A DNA stretch of 64,000 nucleotides, from NCBI GenBank assembly GCA_963846495.1, contig CAWJWP010000033.1, positions 87,252-151,251 on the forward strand. The letters run 5' to 3'. A program made the translations under genes and the position numbers. The notes beneath the pieces are model-generated. The model ran no database searches and was not told the DNA's origin. It saw only the letters and a program-made list of their open reading frames with translations. This stretch comes from Thermoanaerobaculia bacterium. GTDB taxonomy: Bacteria > Acidobacteriota > Thermoanaerobaculia > Multivoradales > JAIOJS01. Shown here piece by piece: positions 53,915 through 64,000 of this stretch. The first letter of the stretch is position 1. Each line of letters starts with the position of its first letter.

Positions 53915-54247
53915 TTCCTAAGTCCTCCTTGCGGGGGTCTCGACCGCCGAATATCGGCGGACGCCTGATCACACATCTACACGAGGTACGCCGCCGCCCG
54001 ACCTAGCACGAGCCTTGCCACGATCATTGAAACGTGCAAGCTATTGACCTGACTAGTCTTGTCGCGATGAGCTGTCATCTGCCCGGTCCGGCTTTCCGGA
54101 CATTTCGGAATCGTCGATTCAGATATTTGAAGGGACGCGGTGACGGCGGGCTCCGGGCGGCCCGTTTTCAGCGATCCGCTACGGCCGGTACCACGTGGCG
54201 CTGTTCGCCCGCGCGCTGAGCGACAGCTCGCCAGGTGTTCCGTCGGC

Positions 54248-55120
54248 TCAGGCGCTCGAGCGCTGATCCTCGTTCCGCGCACCGGCCGCAGCCGCGAGCG
54301 CAGTGCGCACCTGGATCATCTCGGCGAGGATGGAGATGGCGATCTCGCCGGGGGTATCGCCGCCGATGGGGAGGCCGATGGGGGCGCGCACGTTAACGCC
54401 GTCGAGGGTGAGGTCGGTGAGCGACAAACCCTGCTTCTCGACCTCGCGGCGGACGCGGGCGATCTTGCGGCGGCTGCCCATGAGGCCGAGGTAGGCGAGG
54501 CGCGGCGGCGCCTGGCGCACGACAGCTGCCAGCGCCGCGGCGTCGGTTTCCCAGCAGCGCGAGACGATCGCCACGTAGAGCTCGCGGCCGGCGAACGGCG
54601 CTAGGAAGTCCTCGCGGTAGTCGCGCGACACCTCGACCGGCCGCGTCGCCGCCGGGAAGAGCGCCGGCTCGCGAAACCGCGGGCGGTCTTCCGCCACCGC
54701 CGACTCGAAGCCGGCGAGCGCGGCCGCGCGCGCCACCGCCTGCCCCACCGGGCCGCCGCCGCAGACGACGACGAGCGGAGGCGCGTGCAGCACCTCGAGC
54801 AGCACCTCCATGAGGCCGCCGCACACCATGCCCGTGGGCTCGCCCTGCACTGCTTTCTCAGTCAGGTAGTAGCGCTTGAGGTCGGAGCCCGGCGTCGCCG
54901 CGGCGAGCAGCTCGCGGGCGTCCGCCGCCACCATCGCCTCGAAGGCGCCGCCGCCGAGGTTGCCGTAGGCGCTGCCGTCGGCGCGCACGAGCAGCTTCCA
55001 CCCCACCTTGCCGGGAGTCGAGCCCTCGACGCGCACCACCTGGCAGAGCGCGGCGCGCCCCTGCTCGCGCACCGTGCGCTCGGCTTCGGCGAGGACGTCC
55101 AGCGGTCCAGGGGCGCTCAT
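54248..55120 (-). CDS. XdhC/CoxI family protein (molybdenum-cofactor-enzyme maturation factor)
   Basis: N-terminal XdhC_CoxI domain (ALCQVVRVEGSTPGKVGWKLLV) and C-terminal Rossmann-like domain (LVVVCGGGPVGQAVARAAALAGF). Confidence 0.75.
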   Translation of the reverse strand: MSAPGPLDVLAEAERTVREQGRAALCQVVRVEGSTPGKVGWKLLVRADGSAYGNLGGGAFEAMVAADARELLAAATPGSDLKRYYLTEKAVQGEPTGMVCGGLMEVLLEVLHAPPLVVVCGGGPVGQAVARAAALAGFESAVAEDRPRFREPALFPAATRPVEVSRDYREDFLAPFAGRELYVAIVSRCWETDAAALAAVVRQAPPRLAYLGLMGSRRKIARVRREVEKQGLSLTDLTLDGVNVRAPIGLPIGGDTPGEIAISILAEMIQVRTALAAAAGARNEDQRSSA

Positions 55121-55187
55121 CGCAATGACAGTAGCACCCGGCGCACCGCCGCCAGCCCGACCGCGACGGCCGCGAGGACGAGCTCGT

Positions 55188-57444
55188 TTACTCCGGCACG
55201 ACCGGCGGTGCCGGGACGCCCGAGCCGGCGCCCCCCGCAGCGGGGACGTCCACGGGGAGCTCGGCCAGCGCGTCGAGCAGCTCCTGCGCCGACTGCAGGC
55301 GATCTTCGCGCTTCTTGGCCAGCAGCCGCGCGAGCAGCGCCAGCCAAGCTGCGGGCGTCTCGGGCCGATAGAGGCGCACGTCAGCCGGCATTTCCCGCAG
55401 CTGCTTGTGCACCAGCGCGTAGGGCTCGAGCGCGTCGAACGGATCGCGGCCGGCGATCATGCAGTAGGCGAGCAACCCCAACGAGTAGAGGTCGGAGCGC
55501 GCGTCCGGCCCGTGGCCGAGGATCTGATCGGGCGCCATGTACATCGGCGAGCCCATGACGAAGCCGACCTGGGTCAGGCGCGCCTGCGCGCTCGCCGTCG
55601 CCGCGATGCCGAAGTCGAGGATCTTGAGGCACCTCGCGGTGATCACGACGTTGCTCGGCTTGAGGTCGCGATGGACGACACCCAGCGAGTGCGCCTCGCG
55701 GAGGCCGGCAGCGAGGTCGCCGAGCAGCTCGCGGATCCTGGCGAACGACAGCGGCGACTCTTCGGCGACGAGTTGGTCGAGGCGCCGGCCGTCCAGGTAC
55801 TCCATGGTGATGAAGATGCCGCCGGCGAAGTGCCCGAGGTCGTAGACCCGCACCACGTTGGGGTGGCTGATGCGGCGGCAGATCTGCAGCTCCCGGAGCA
55901 GCCGCGCCTCCTCGCCGGAGCCTTCCTCGCCGAGGGAGAGGATGCTCTTGATCGCCACCGTCTCGCCGAGCTCGAGGTCGTGCGCCTTGAAGACCCGCCC
56001 CATACCGCCGCGGCCGAGCTCGCAGAGGATGTCGTAGCGGCCGGCGACGCGGCTGCCGACCCTCAGCACGTCCTCGTTTGGCATCGCCTGCGCCTGCGGC
56101 ACGTTCACTGGCGGCGCGACGAGAGGCGGCGCCAGGCGCGCGCGCACGTCCCGATAACCGGGCTCGGCCGCGGCGATGCGCGAGTAGCACGCCTTCGCCT
56201 CCTCGCTCCGCTGCAGCGCTTCGAGGGCGCGGCCCTCCCAGTAGGTACGCTCGAGGGCGATCACGTCGACGTCGCTCGCCGCGGCCTTGAGCGGGATGCG
56301 GCGCACGCGCTCGAGGGCGTCGGCGGCGAAACCCTCCTCCAGCAGCAGCGGAGCGAGCAGCACCGTGCCCATGGCGAACTCCGCGTCGGTCGACTGCAAC
56401 TGCATCAGGATCGCGGCGGCGCGCCCCTTTTGGCCGCGTTCGAGGAAGAGCGCGGCGGCGTCGAGGAACCGGCGGGACCGCACGTGGAGGTCAGCGGCGG
56501 CGGCAATGTCCCCGGCGCGGAGATAGATGCGCAGAGCGTCGGTGGTCATCCCCGCCGCCGCGTAGCACCGCGCCGCGTGGGCGAGCTCGCCGGCCTTCTC
56601 GTAGGCCGCGGCGGCGAGCTTCGGCTTCTCGGCGGCCTCCCAGCGATACGCCGCGTAGCCCCACTGCTGCCCCGCTTCGTAGGCCTCGGCGGCTTCGCGG
56701 GCGAGCCCCAGGCGCGCGAACTGATGCCCGGCCTCCACCCATCTGTCCGTTGCGGAGATGGACCTCCGCGACCAGCCGCTCGGGGTTGGCCGCTCGGTTG
56801 GTGACCGCCTGGGCCTTCGCGCTCTCGCCAGCCGCGAGATAGCTCTGGACAGCCTCGAGCTGGCAGCCGGCCCGTTCGAGCAAGGCGGCGACGCGGGCGC
56901 TCGGCGGCAGGGAGCGCAGCAGCGAGGCTGCCTGGCTCTGCCTGCCACGCTCCAGCAGCAGCTCGGCCCGCAGCAGGCGGAGCTCGCTCAAGTCGGGAAC
57001 CTCGCGCTCGTCGCCGATCTCCACCGCGAGCGCTCGCTCGCCGCGGTCGAGGGCATGCAATGCCTCGGTCGTCTTGCCCAACGCGGCGTAGCCGCGCGCC
57101 GCCTGCAGCCATTCGCCAGCGCGCTCGAAGCAGCGCGCGGCATCGGCCTGGTTCCCGGCGGCGCTGAAGGCGCGGCCGGCGCTCACGAAGTCCTGCGCGT
57201 ACTCGAACAGCGACGCGGCCGCCGCGTAGTGACTCTGCGTTGCCAGCCGCTGGGCCGCCTCATAGGGCCGCAGGCGCTCGAATCCCGGCGGCACCTTGCC
57301 GAGCGACCCGAGCAGCGTGTATTCGACCAGCTTCTGCTCGTCCCCGAGCTGGGCCGCGGCCCGGGCCGCCTTGGCCCACTCTCCCGCCTTGGCGTACGCC
57401 TTGAGCGTCTGCTCGGTCGAGTCTCGCGACGTCATGCTGGTCAC
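55188..57444 (-). CDS. Ser/Thr protein kinase with an about 450-aa N-terminal TPR region; frameshift near 56755
   Basis: N-terminal TPR-like repeats sit in two frames (57444-frame until ...ANPERLVAEV, then 56948-frame DRWVEAGHQFARLG...). C-terminal Hanks kinase: GRGGMGRVFKA, VAIK, HRDLKPSNVV, DFG, SPMYMAPD. Confidence 0.7.
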
Positions 57445-57672
57445 CCCGAGGCAACGGCGCTTGCCCGCGCGTTCGACTGTGTCGTCGTCGCGCGGCAGGC
57501 AGCGGTGCGCACCATCAAGTCGACCGCTGAGAGTGCGCCTTCAGAGCCAGAGCTCGGGCGCGCATCGCGGCCATACGATACGCCGCTGATTCAAATGGAA
57601 CGCGCCCAGTCTAACGGAAATGCGGCAAACGCGGCCATGCGGGACTCCCCGCACCCGAGAGCTCGCCCTCGC

Positions 57673-58086
57673 CTATAGCTGGTAGAGCATCCAGTAAACG
57701 ACGACGCCCGTCACCGAGACGTAGAGCCAGATCGGCAACGTCCAGCGCGCCAGCGCGGCGTGGCGGTCGAAGCGACGCCGTAGCGCGCGCGACAAGGTGA
57801 GGATGGCGAGCACCGGCACCGCCGCGGCGAGCACGGTGTGCGTGGCGAGGATGCTCAGGTAGAGAGTGCGCACCCCGCCGGTGCCTTGGAAGCGCACGCT
57901 CCCTACTTGCGCGTGGTAGATCAGATACGAGGTTAGGAACGCGGCGGAGAGGACGAGCGCGGTCACCATCGCCGCCCGGTGCGCGCGCCAGCGGCCGCGG
58001 CGGATGAGCCAAAAGCCGATGATGAGCGCGACCGCGCTCGCCGCGTTGAGCAGCGCGTTGAGCGCCGGCAGGTCGCGGACGGTCAC
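57673..58086 (-). CDS. DUF420 family membrane protein
   Basis: 4-TM protein of about 138 aa (LIIGFWLIRRGRWRAHRAAMV...). GTG start overlapping the SCO1 stop. The family is commonly linked to cytochrome oxidase/SCO1 loci. Confidence 0.6.
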   Translation of the reverse strand: MTVRDLPALNALLNAASAVALIIGFWLIRRGRWRAHRAAMVTALVLSAAFLTSYLIYHAQVGSVRFQGTGGVRTLYLSILATHTVLAAAVPVLAILTLSRALRRRFDRHAALARWTLPIWLYVSVTGVVVYWMLYQL

Positions 58087-58736
58087 CCCGCGGCCCCGGC
58101 GGCGGCGCCGTCGTTGGCCGCCAGCCACGCCGCATCGCGCATCAGCTTCCCCAACGCGCCGTCGTCGAAAGCGTCGTAGTAGCCGCGCACTCGGCCAGCG
58201 CCGTCGACGAGCACAAAGCGAGTGCTGTGCGTCACCGGCTCCTGCGCCGCCCGCGGATCGCTGGGATCGGCGGGCGCCACGCCGAGCTTGAGCCCTTCGA
58301 CGGCGAGGCGACGCATCTCGGCTTCGTCGCCAGTCAAGAAGAGCCAATCGGGCGCCTCAGCCTGGTGCAGCTTCGCGTACTCGTTCAACACCGCCGGTGT
58401 GTCGTTCTGCGGGTCGACCGAAACGCTGACGCGCCGCACACCCGGCGGCAATCGCGAACCGAGCGACGCCATGCGCGCCGTCATGCGCGGACAGGAAAGC
58501 TGGCAGCGGGTGAAGACGAGGTCGGCAATCCACGGGCGGCCGGCGAGCGTCGCCGGCGTCACGGTGGCGCCGCTGCGGTCAGTGAGGGTGAAGGCCGGCA
58601 GCGTGCTCATCACCGGCAGCGCCGGCGCCGGCTTGCGACCCGACCACCAGACGAGCCCGAGGCCGATCGTCATCATCAACAGCAGCGCCGCCAGCACGGC
58701 GGGCAGCCAACGCACCGGCGGCGGCGCCATCGCCAT
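58083..58736 (-). CDS. SCO1/SenC family copper chaperone (thioredoxin fold)
   Basis: N-terminal TM anchor, CxxxC motif FTRCQLSCP and conserved downstream His region. Confidence 0.8.
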   Translation of the reverse strand: MAMAPPPVRWLPAVLAALLLMMTIGLGLVWWSGRKPAPALPVMSTLPAFTLTDRSGATVTPATLAGRPWIADLVFTRCQLSCPRMTARMASLGSRLPPGVRRVSVSVDPQNDTPAVLNEYAKLHQAEAPDWLFLTGDEAEMRRLAVEGLKLGVAPADPSDPRAAQEPVTHSTRFVLVDGAGRVRGYYDAFDDGALGKLMRDAAWLAANDGAAAGAAG

Positions 58737-58752
58737 CAGAGGGCTTCCCGAA

Positions 58753-59649
58753 TCAGCCCAGCAGCCGGTCGGCCGCCAGCGCGCCGAGCACCGCGGGCAA
58801 GTAGAAGACCGACACCAGCATCAACCGCTTCGCGGCGCCGGCGCTGCGGTCGAGGGCGAAGGCGGCGCTGGCGGTGAAGAACCAGGCGCCGGCGAGCAGC
58901 GCGCCGACGAAGTAGAGCGCGCCGGCGAGGCCGATCGCCGCCGGCAACAGGCTCACCGGCACCAGCGCCGCGCAATAGAGCAGCGCCTGGCGCGAGGTGC
59001 GCAGGCCGTCTTCGTCGTTCACCGACAGCATCGGGAAACCGCCGCGCGCGTAGTCGGCGCGGTAGATCCAGGCGATGGAGAGGAAGTGCGGCATCTGCCA
59101 GAAAAAGAGCAGCGCGAAGAGCGCCCAGGCGCCGGGGCCGAGCGAGCCGCGCACAGCCGCCCAGCCGATCATCGGCGGCACCGCGCCGGGCACCGCGCCG
59201 ACGATGGTGGCGAGCGAGCTCACGCGCTTGAGCGGCGTGTAGACGCCGACGTAGCCGAGGAGCGTTGCCGCCGCGAGCGCCGCCGCGAGCAGGTTGGCGC
59301 CGAGCGCGAGCTCGAGCAACCCGCCGACGCCGAGCAGCCCCGCCCAGGCGAGCGCCAAGTCCGGCTGCAGCCGCCCGGCCGGCAGCGGACGCTGTGCCGT
59401 GCGCCGCATCAGGCCGTCGGCCTCGCGCTCGACGACCTGGTTGAGCGCCGATGCGGACGCCGCGACGAGCGCCGTGCCGAGGAGTGTGTGCAGCCAGAGA
59501 GCCGGCGGCACCAGCGCGGATTCGTCGGAGGCGAGCAGCATGCCGACCGCTGCCGAGAGCGCCACCATGGCGGTGATGCCCGACTTGGTGAGGCCGACGA
59601 GGTCGCGCAGCCGCACGCTCGCCGTCGCCGTCAAAGTGCTCTCGGGCAT
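58753..59649 (-). CDS. ctaB: Protoheme IX farnesyltransferase (heme O synthase, UbiA family)
   Basis: UbiA prenyltransferase motifs (ALNQVVEREADGLMRRTAQRPLPAG, YxxxK-less second D-rich block) and 8-9 TM. Start taken at MPESTL. Confidence 0.85.
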   Translation of the reverse strand: MPESTLTATASVRLRDLVGLTKSGITAMVALSAAVGMLLASDESALVPPALWLHTLLGTALVAASASALNQVVEREADGLMRRTAQRPLPAGRLQPDLALAWAGLLGVGGLLELALGANLLAAALAAATLLGYVGVYTPLKRVSSLATIVGAVPGAVPPMIGWAAVRGSLGPGAWALFALLFFWQMPHFLSIAWIYRADYARGGFPMLSVNDEDGLRTSRQALLYCAALVPVSLLPAAIGLAGALYFVGALLAGAWFFTASAAFALDRSAGAAKRLMLVSVFYLPAVLGALAADRLLG

Positions 59650-59792
59650 CGGTCGCGCAGCATAGCAGGCACCTCCGCGGCAGAAGGGAGCATCCACCGT
59701 CGTCGGCGCACGCATCTCATACGCCTCGCCGACCTCGACATTGCTCGCGCGATTGACGCTCACCGGCGAGCCCGTGATACGTTCCGACCGCT

Positions 59793-59810
59793 TTGTGACG
59801 ATCGTCACAA
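59793..59810. promoter_or_regulatory. Perfect 18-bp palindrome TTGTGA-CGATCG-TCACAA (CRP/FNR-family type site)
   Basis: Matches TGTGA-N6-TCACA exactly. Lies centred in the divergent ctaB / actA intergenic region. Confidence 0.5.
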
Positions 59811-59934
59811 GGCGCGTGCGTGCGCGGCAACGCTGTTATGGTGGGCGCCGCTTTTTCGCGGGCTCAGCGCACGGCGAGCGAGGTTCCGGGTCGGACCGTC
59901 GGACCGACTCGGGTGGTGGTAGTCAGGGAGAGCG

Positions 59935-60585
59935 ATGGCGCAGATCTTCCACCCCAGCACGAACACGATCTCGCGGGTCAGCATCTTCGGGCTGCTCTTC
60001 TTCGTCGGCTTCGCGGGCTGGGTGGCGATGGCGCTCGACCGCTCGCCGGCGGTGACGCGCGAGCGGCAGGTGGTCGAGCAGCCGGTGCCCTTCTCGCACG
60101 ACCACCACGTCGGCGAGGAAGGGATCGACTGCCGCTACTGCCACACGTCGGTCGAGAAGAGCGCGTTCGCAGGCATCCCGCCGACGTCCACCTGCATGGG
60201 CTGCCACTCGGTGCTGTTCGCCGACTCGCCGATCCTCGAGCCGGTGCGGGCGAGCTTCCGCGACGGCACGCCGCTGCAGTGGACACGCGTCTACGACCTC
60301 CCCGACTTCGTCTACTTCAACCACAGCATCCACGTGGCAAAGGGGATCGGCTGCACCACCTGCCACGGCGAGATCGGCCGCATGCCGCTCACCTGGAAGG
60401 CGTCGAGCCTGAAGATGGAGTGGTGCCTCGCCTGCCATCGCGATCCGGCGAAGTTCGTACGGCCGCGCGAAGAGGTCTTCAACCCCAACTGGGAGCCGAG
60501 CACGTTGAGCTCGGCGCAGCGGGCCGCGCTGGTGAAGGAATACAGGATCACCAGCAAGACCAGTTGCTCGGTGTGCCACCGCTGA
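59935..60585 (+). CDS. actA: Alternative complex III subunit ActA (membrane-anchored pentahaem cytochrome c)
   Basis: N-terminal TM helix plus five CxxCH motifs (CRYCH, CMGCH, CTTCH, CLACH, CSVCH). Followed by actB and actC. Confidence 0.75.
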   Translation: MAQIFHPSTNTISRVSIFGLLFFVGFAGWVAMALDRSPAVTRERQVVEQPVPFSHDHHVGEEGIDCRYCHTSVEKSAFAGIPPTSTCMGCHSVLFADSPILEPVRASFRDGTPLQWTRVYDLPDFVYFNHSIHVAKGIGCTTCHGEIGRMPLTWKASSLKMEWCLACHRDPAKFVRPREEVFNPNWEPSTLSSAQRAALVKEYRITSKTSCSVCHR

Positions 60586-60595
60586 GAAGTCATCA

Positions 60596-63500
60596 GTGAG
60601 CGAGACCAAGAAACAAAGCTGCGCCGACGGTTCCTGCGGCTGCGGCTCCGCGAGCGAAGCGCCCGCGCCGAAGCTCTGGCGCACGCTCGACGAGCTGGCG
60701 CAGAGCCCGGCGTTCCAGGAAGCGATCGAGAACGAGTTCCCGCGCCAGGCGGTGCCGCTCGGCCTCGGGCGTCGACCGCCGCCGCTTCCTGCAGCTGATG
60801 GGCGGCTCGCTGGCCCTCGGCGGCGCGGCGGCGTGCACCAAGCAGCCGCTCGAGAAGATCGTTCCCTACGTCAAGCAGCCGGAGGAGATCGTCCCCGGCG
60901 TGCCGCTGCAGTTCGCCACCGCGGCGCCGATCGGCGGCTATGCCCTCGGCGTGCTCGCCACCAGCCACATGGGGCGGCCGACGAAGATCGAGGGCAACCC
61001 CGAGCACCCCGCGAGCCTGGGCAGCACCGACGTTCACGCCCAAGCCTCGGTGCTCGGCCTCTACGACCCCGACCGCAGCAAGACGGTCACCAACGGCCGC
61101 CGCATCCGCACCTGGGAGGCGCTCGTCGAGGCGTTGACGCTCGAGCTGGCGCGGCAGGAAGGCAGCGGCGGCGCCGGGCTGCGCATCCTCTCCGGCGTCG
61201 TCACCTCGCCCACGCTGGCGGCGCAGATCGCGGCGGTGCTCGCCAAGTTCCCGCAGGCGCGCTGGTACCAGTGGGAGCCGGCCGGCGACCGCAGCGCCGT
61301 GCTCGGCGCGCCGCGCCGCTTTCGGCCGCGACGTCGACGTGCGCTACGACCTCACACGGGCGCAGGTGGTCGTCGCGCTCGACTGCGACCTGCTCGGCTA
61401 CGGCCCCGGCGCCGTGCGCTACTCGCGCGACTTCGCGCGCGGCCGCCGCGTGTGGGAGAGCGCGCCCGCGGGCACGCAGCCGGGGACGATGAATCGGCTC
61501 TACGCAGTCGAGTGCACGCCGAGCCCGACCTCGACGTTGGCCGATCATCGGCTGGCGCTGCCGCCGGCGGAGGTCGGCGCGTTCGCAGCGGCGCTGGCGG
61601 CGGCGCTCGGCGTCCCCGGCGCCGCGGCGCCCGCGGGCTGGAGCAATGAGCACGCAGCTCGCCTGCTCCCCGCGCTCGCCAAGGACCTGCTCGCCCACCG
61701 CGGCAGCAGCGTCGTCGCCGCCGGCCAGGCTGCCGCGCCCGAGCTGCACGTGCTCGCCCACGCCATCAACCAGCACCTGGGCAACGTCGGCTCGACGGTG
61801 CTGCACAGCGAGCCGGTGGCGGCGAAGCCGAGCGATCCGCTCGCCGACCTCGAGGCGCTCGTCGCCGAGCTGCGCGCCGGCGCCGTGGAGGCGCTGCTCA
61901 TCCTCGACTGCAACCCGGTCTACGACGCGCCGCCGGCGCTGAAGGTGGCCGACGCGCTGCTCTCCGACAAGGCGCGGCTGCGCGTCCACTGGGGCCTCTA
62001 CGACGACGAGACGGCGCGCTACTGCCACTGGCACGTCAACGCCGCGCACTATCTCGAGACCTGGGGCGACCCACGGGCTTACGACGGCACGGTGACACTC
62101 CAGCAGCCGCTCATCGAGCCGCTCTACGGCGGCCGCAGCGCGCACGAGCTCCTCGCCGTCTTCGAGGGCCGGCCGGGCACCGGCGCGCACGAGATGGTGC
62201 AGGCGTTCTGGCAGCGCGGCTCGGCGGCGAGCCGCAGTGGCGCAAGGCGGTGCACGACGGCTTCGTCCCCAACAGCGCCGCGCCCGCCGCGAGCGGCGCC
62301 GTCAACGCCGGCGCCGTGACCGCCGCCGCGGCGCACGCTCGGCGACGCCGCCGCCAAGCGCGACGGGCTCACCCTCGCCTTCCGCCCCGATCCTTCCGTC
62401 GGCGACGGCCGCTACGCCAACAACGCCTGGCTGCAGGAGCTGCCGCGGCCGTTCAGCAAGGTGGTGTGGGACAACCCGATCCTCGTCTCGCCGCGCACGG
62501 CCCGCGAGCTGCGCGTCGACGACGGCACCCACGACGGCCTCCCCGGCCGCCGCGCCGCCATGCTGCGGATCGAGGTCGACGGCGCCGCCGTCGAGGGGCC
62601 GGTCTGGGTGCTCCCCGGCCAGGCCGACGGCGTGCTCACGCTGCACCTCGGCCAGGGTCGCACCCGCGTCGGCAAGGTGGGCAACGGCGTCGGCTTCGAC
62701 GCCTATCGCCTGCGCAGCAGCGGCGGCTACTGGAGCCGGCGAGGCGCCACGGCCACGGCGACGGGCGAGCGCTACGAGATGGCCTCGACGCAGGGCCACT
62801 TCCTGATGGAGAACCGCCCGCTCGTCCGCCAGGCCACGCTGGCGGAGTACCAGCGCGACCCGGAGTTCGTTCGTCACGCGGAGCACGCGCCGGCCCCCGA
62901 CATGACGCTCTACCCCAAGTGGCCCTACGAGGGGCACAAGTGGGGGATGTCGATCAACCTCTCCGCCTGCACCGGCTGCAACGCCTGCGTCGTCGCCTGC
63001 CAGGCCGAGAACAACATCCCGGTGGTCGGCAAGGAGCAGGTCTACCGCGGCCGCGAGATGCACTGGCTGCGCATCGACCAGTACTACGCCGGCGACTACG
63101 ACGCGCCGAGCGCGGTGCTCAACCAGCCGGTGCCGTGCATGCACTGCGAGAACGCCCCCTGCGAGGTGGTCTGTCCGGTGGCGGCCACCACCCACAGCTT
63201 CGAGGGGCTCAACGAGATGACCTACAACCGCTGCGTGGGCACCCGCTACTGCGGCAACAACTGCCCCTACAAGGTGCGGCGGTTCAACTTCTACAAGTTC
63301 GCCGACTGGACGACCGAGTCGATCAAGCTGCAGAGGAACCCCAACGTCACGGTGCGCTTCCGCGGCGTGATGGAGAAGTGCACCTACTGCGTGCAGCGCA
63401 TCAACGCCGGCCGCATCCACGCCGAGCGCGAGGACCGCCGGGTGCGCGACGGCGAGGTGGTGCCGGCCTGCGCCCAGGCCTGCCCCACCGAGGCGATCGT

Positions 63501-63669
63501 CTTCGGCGACTTGAACGACGCGCAGGCGCGGGTGACGGCCTGGAAGAACGAGCCGCTCTCCTACGGCATGCTCGAGGACCTCAACACGCGGCCGCGCACG
63601 ACCTACATGGGCCGGCTCTCGAACCCCAACCCGGATCTCGAGACGTCCGAAAGGCTGGAGAAGGCCTGA
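60596..63669 (+). CDS. actB: Alternative complex III subunit ActB (molybdopterin-oxidoreductase-like + 4Fe-4S ferredoxin domains); about 4 apparent frameshifts
   Basis: Tat motif RRRFLQLMGG, MopB-like region and ferredoxin-like Cys clusters (CTGCNACVVAC, CMHCENAPC, CGNNCPYKV, CTYCVQR). The reading frame switches near 60765, 61310, 62215 and 62335 while the protein sequence stays collinear. Confidence 0.75.
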
Positions 63670-64000
63670 TGGCGCGCGGCGACCGCGAAGACCTCGACGG
63701 CGCGCGCTCCGCGGTGGCCGATCCGGAGTTCGAGGAGTCGATCCTCGAGAAGGGCGGCTACCACCGCCCCGGCATCATCGAGCGTGCGCCGGTGCTCGCC
63801 CCCGGCCACACCGCCGCGTCGGTGACCGACAAGATCAGCTCGGTCGTCCTCTCCGGCACGCCGCGCTGGTTCTACCCCGCCTTCGCCCTCTCCTTCACCC
63901 TGATGATGGTGCTCTTCGCGTCGATGGGGAAGCTGTTCTGGGAGGGCACCGGCATCTGGGGCGTCAACCAGCCGGTGGGCTGGGGCTTCGACATCATCAA
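63669..64000 (+). CDS. actC: Alternative complex III subunit ActC (NrfD/PsrC-like membrane subunit), 5' part; continues past window end
   Basis: The ATG overlaps the actB stop (TGATG). The hydrophobic NrfD-like N-terminus begins at ...RWFYPAFALSFTLMMVLF. Confidence 0.7.
   Translation, partial: MARGDREDLDGARSAVADPEFEESILEKGGYHRPGIIERAPVLAPGHTAASVTDKISSVVLSGTPRWFYPAFALSFTLMMVLFASMGKLFWEGTGIWGVNQPVGWGFDII

Noticed and set aside
51008-53968. 986-aa plus-strand ORF antisense to the TonB-dependent receptor
   Set aside because: Antisense GC artefact; the receptor on the minus strand has signal peptide, plug and a C-terminal Phe barrel signature.
53940-54130. Possible Fur box (gatcattgaaac) in the TonB receptor upstream region
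   Set aside because: Similarity to the 19-bp Fur consensus is too weak (about half the positions) to assert.

Overview
This is a 64 kb, very GC-rich (~70%) bacterial chromosomal segment. The gene content looks Myxococcota-, Acidobacteria- or Gemmatimonadota-like, inferred from pilS/pilR sigma-54 control, ACIII, RRM proteins and a CarboxypepD_reg TonB receptor.

Read in order, the window holds:
(1) A translationally coupled glycan-decoration/biosynthesis locus at 1-14.5 kb: carbamoyltransferase, SDR, several GT1/GT2/GT4 glycosyltransferases, a polytopic membrane protein, SGNH hydrolase, FkbM and class-I methyltransferases, an AsnB-type amidotransferase and a WecA/MraY-family initiating transferase.
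(2) Two adjacent same-frame hypothetical genes. The second is nucleotidyltransferase-like and its 3' end has been invaded antisense by a class IIC group II intron, which sits just after an intrinsic terminator.
(3) groES-groEL with a sigmaA promoter, a CIRCE operator, a terminator and a low-GC intergenic island.
(4) A tandem-PilZ protein, a coupled ppa/small-ORF/hypothetical operon, a 928-aa secreted ELWxxDGT-repeat protein and an Fpg/Nei glycosylase.
(5) Two paralogous RRM RNA-binding protein genes bracketing a divergent ArnT-like GT39 / PAP2 phosphatase pair.
(6) A GT14-like gene and an MsbA-like ABC exporter.
(7) pilT-pilC-pilS-pilR.
(8) Two paralogous methyltransferase-plus-unknown-C-domain genes flanking a YfhO-like membrane protein, then a TPR/S41-like protein, a membrane protein and a TonB-dependent receptor.
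(9) XdhC-like, a TPR-Ser/Thr kinase, and a respiratory block: DUF420, SCO1, heme O synthase, a CRP/FNR-type palindrome and alternative complex III actA-actB-actC.

At least 12 apparent frameshifts interrupt otherwise clearly homologous genes (ActB alone has 4, the WcaI-like GT4 has 3). The window therefore either carries indel errors or many pseudogenes, and this matters for every interpretation below.

No CRISPR array, rRNA or tRNA was seen.
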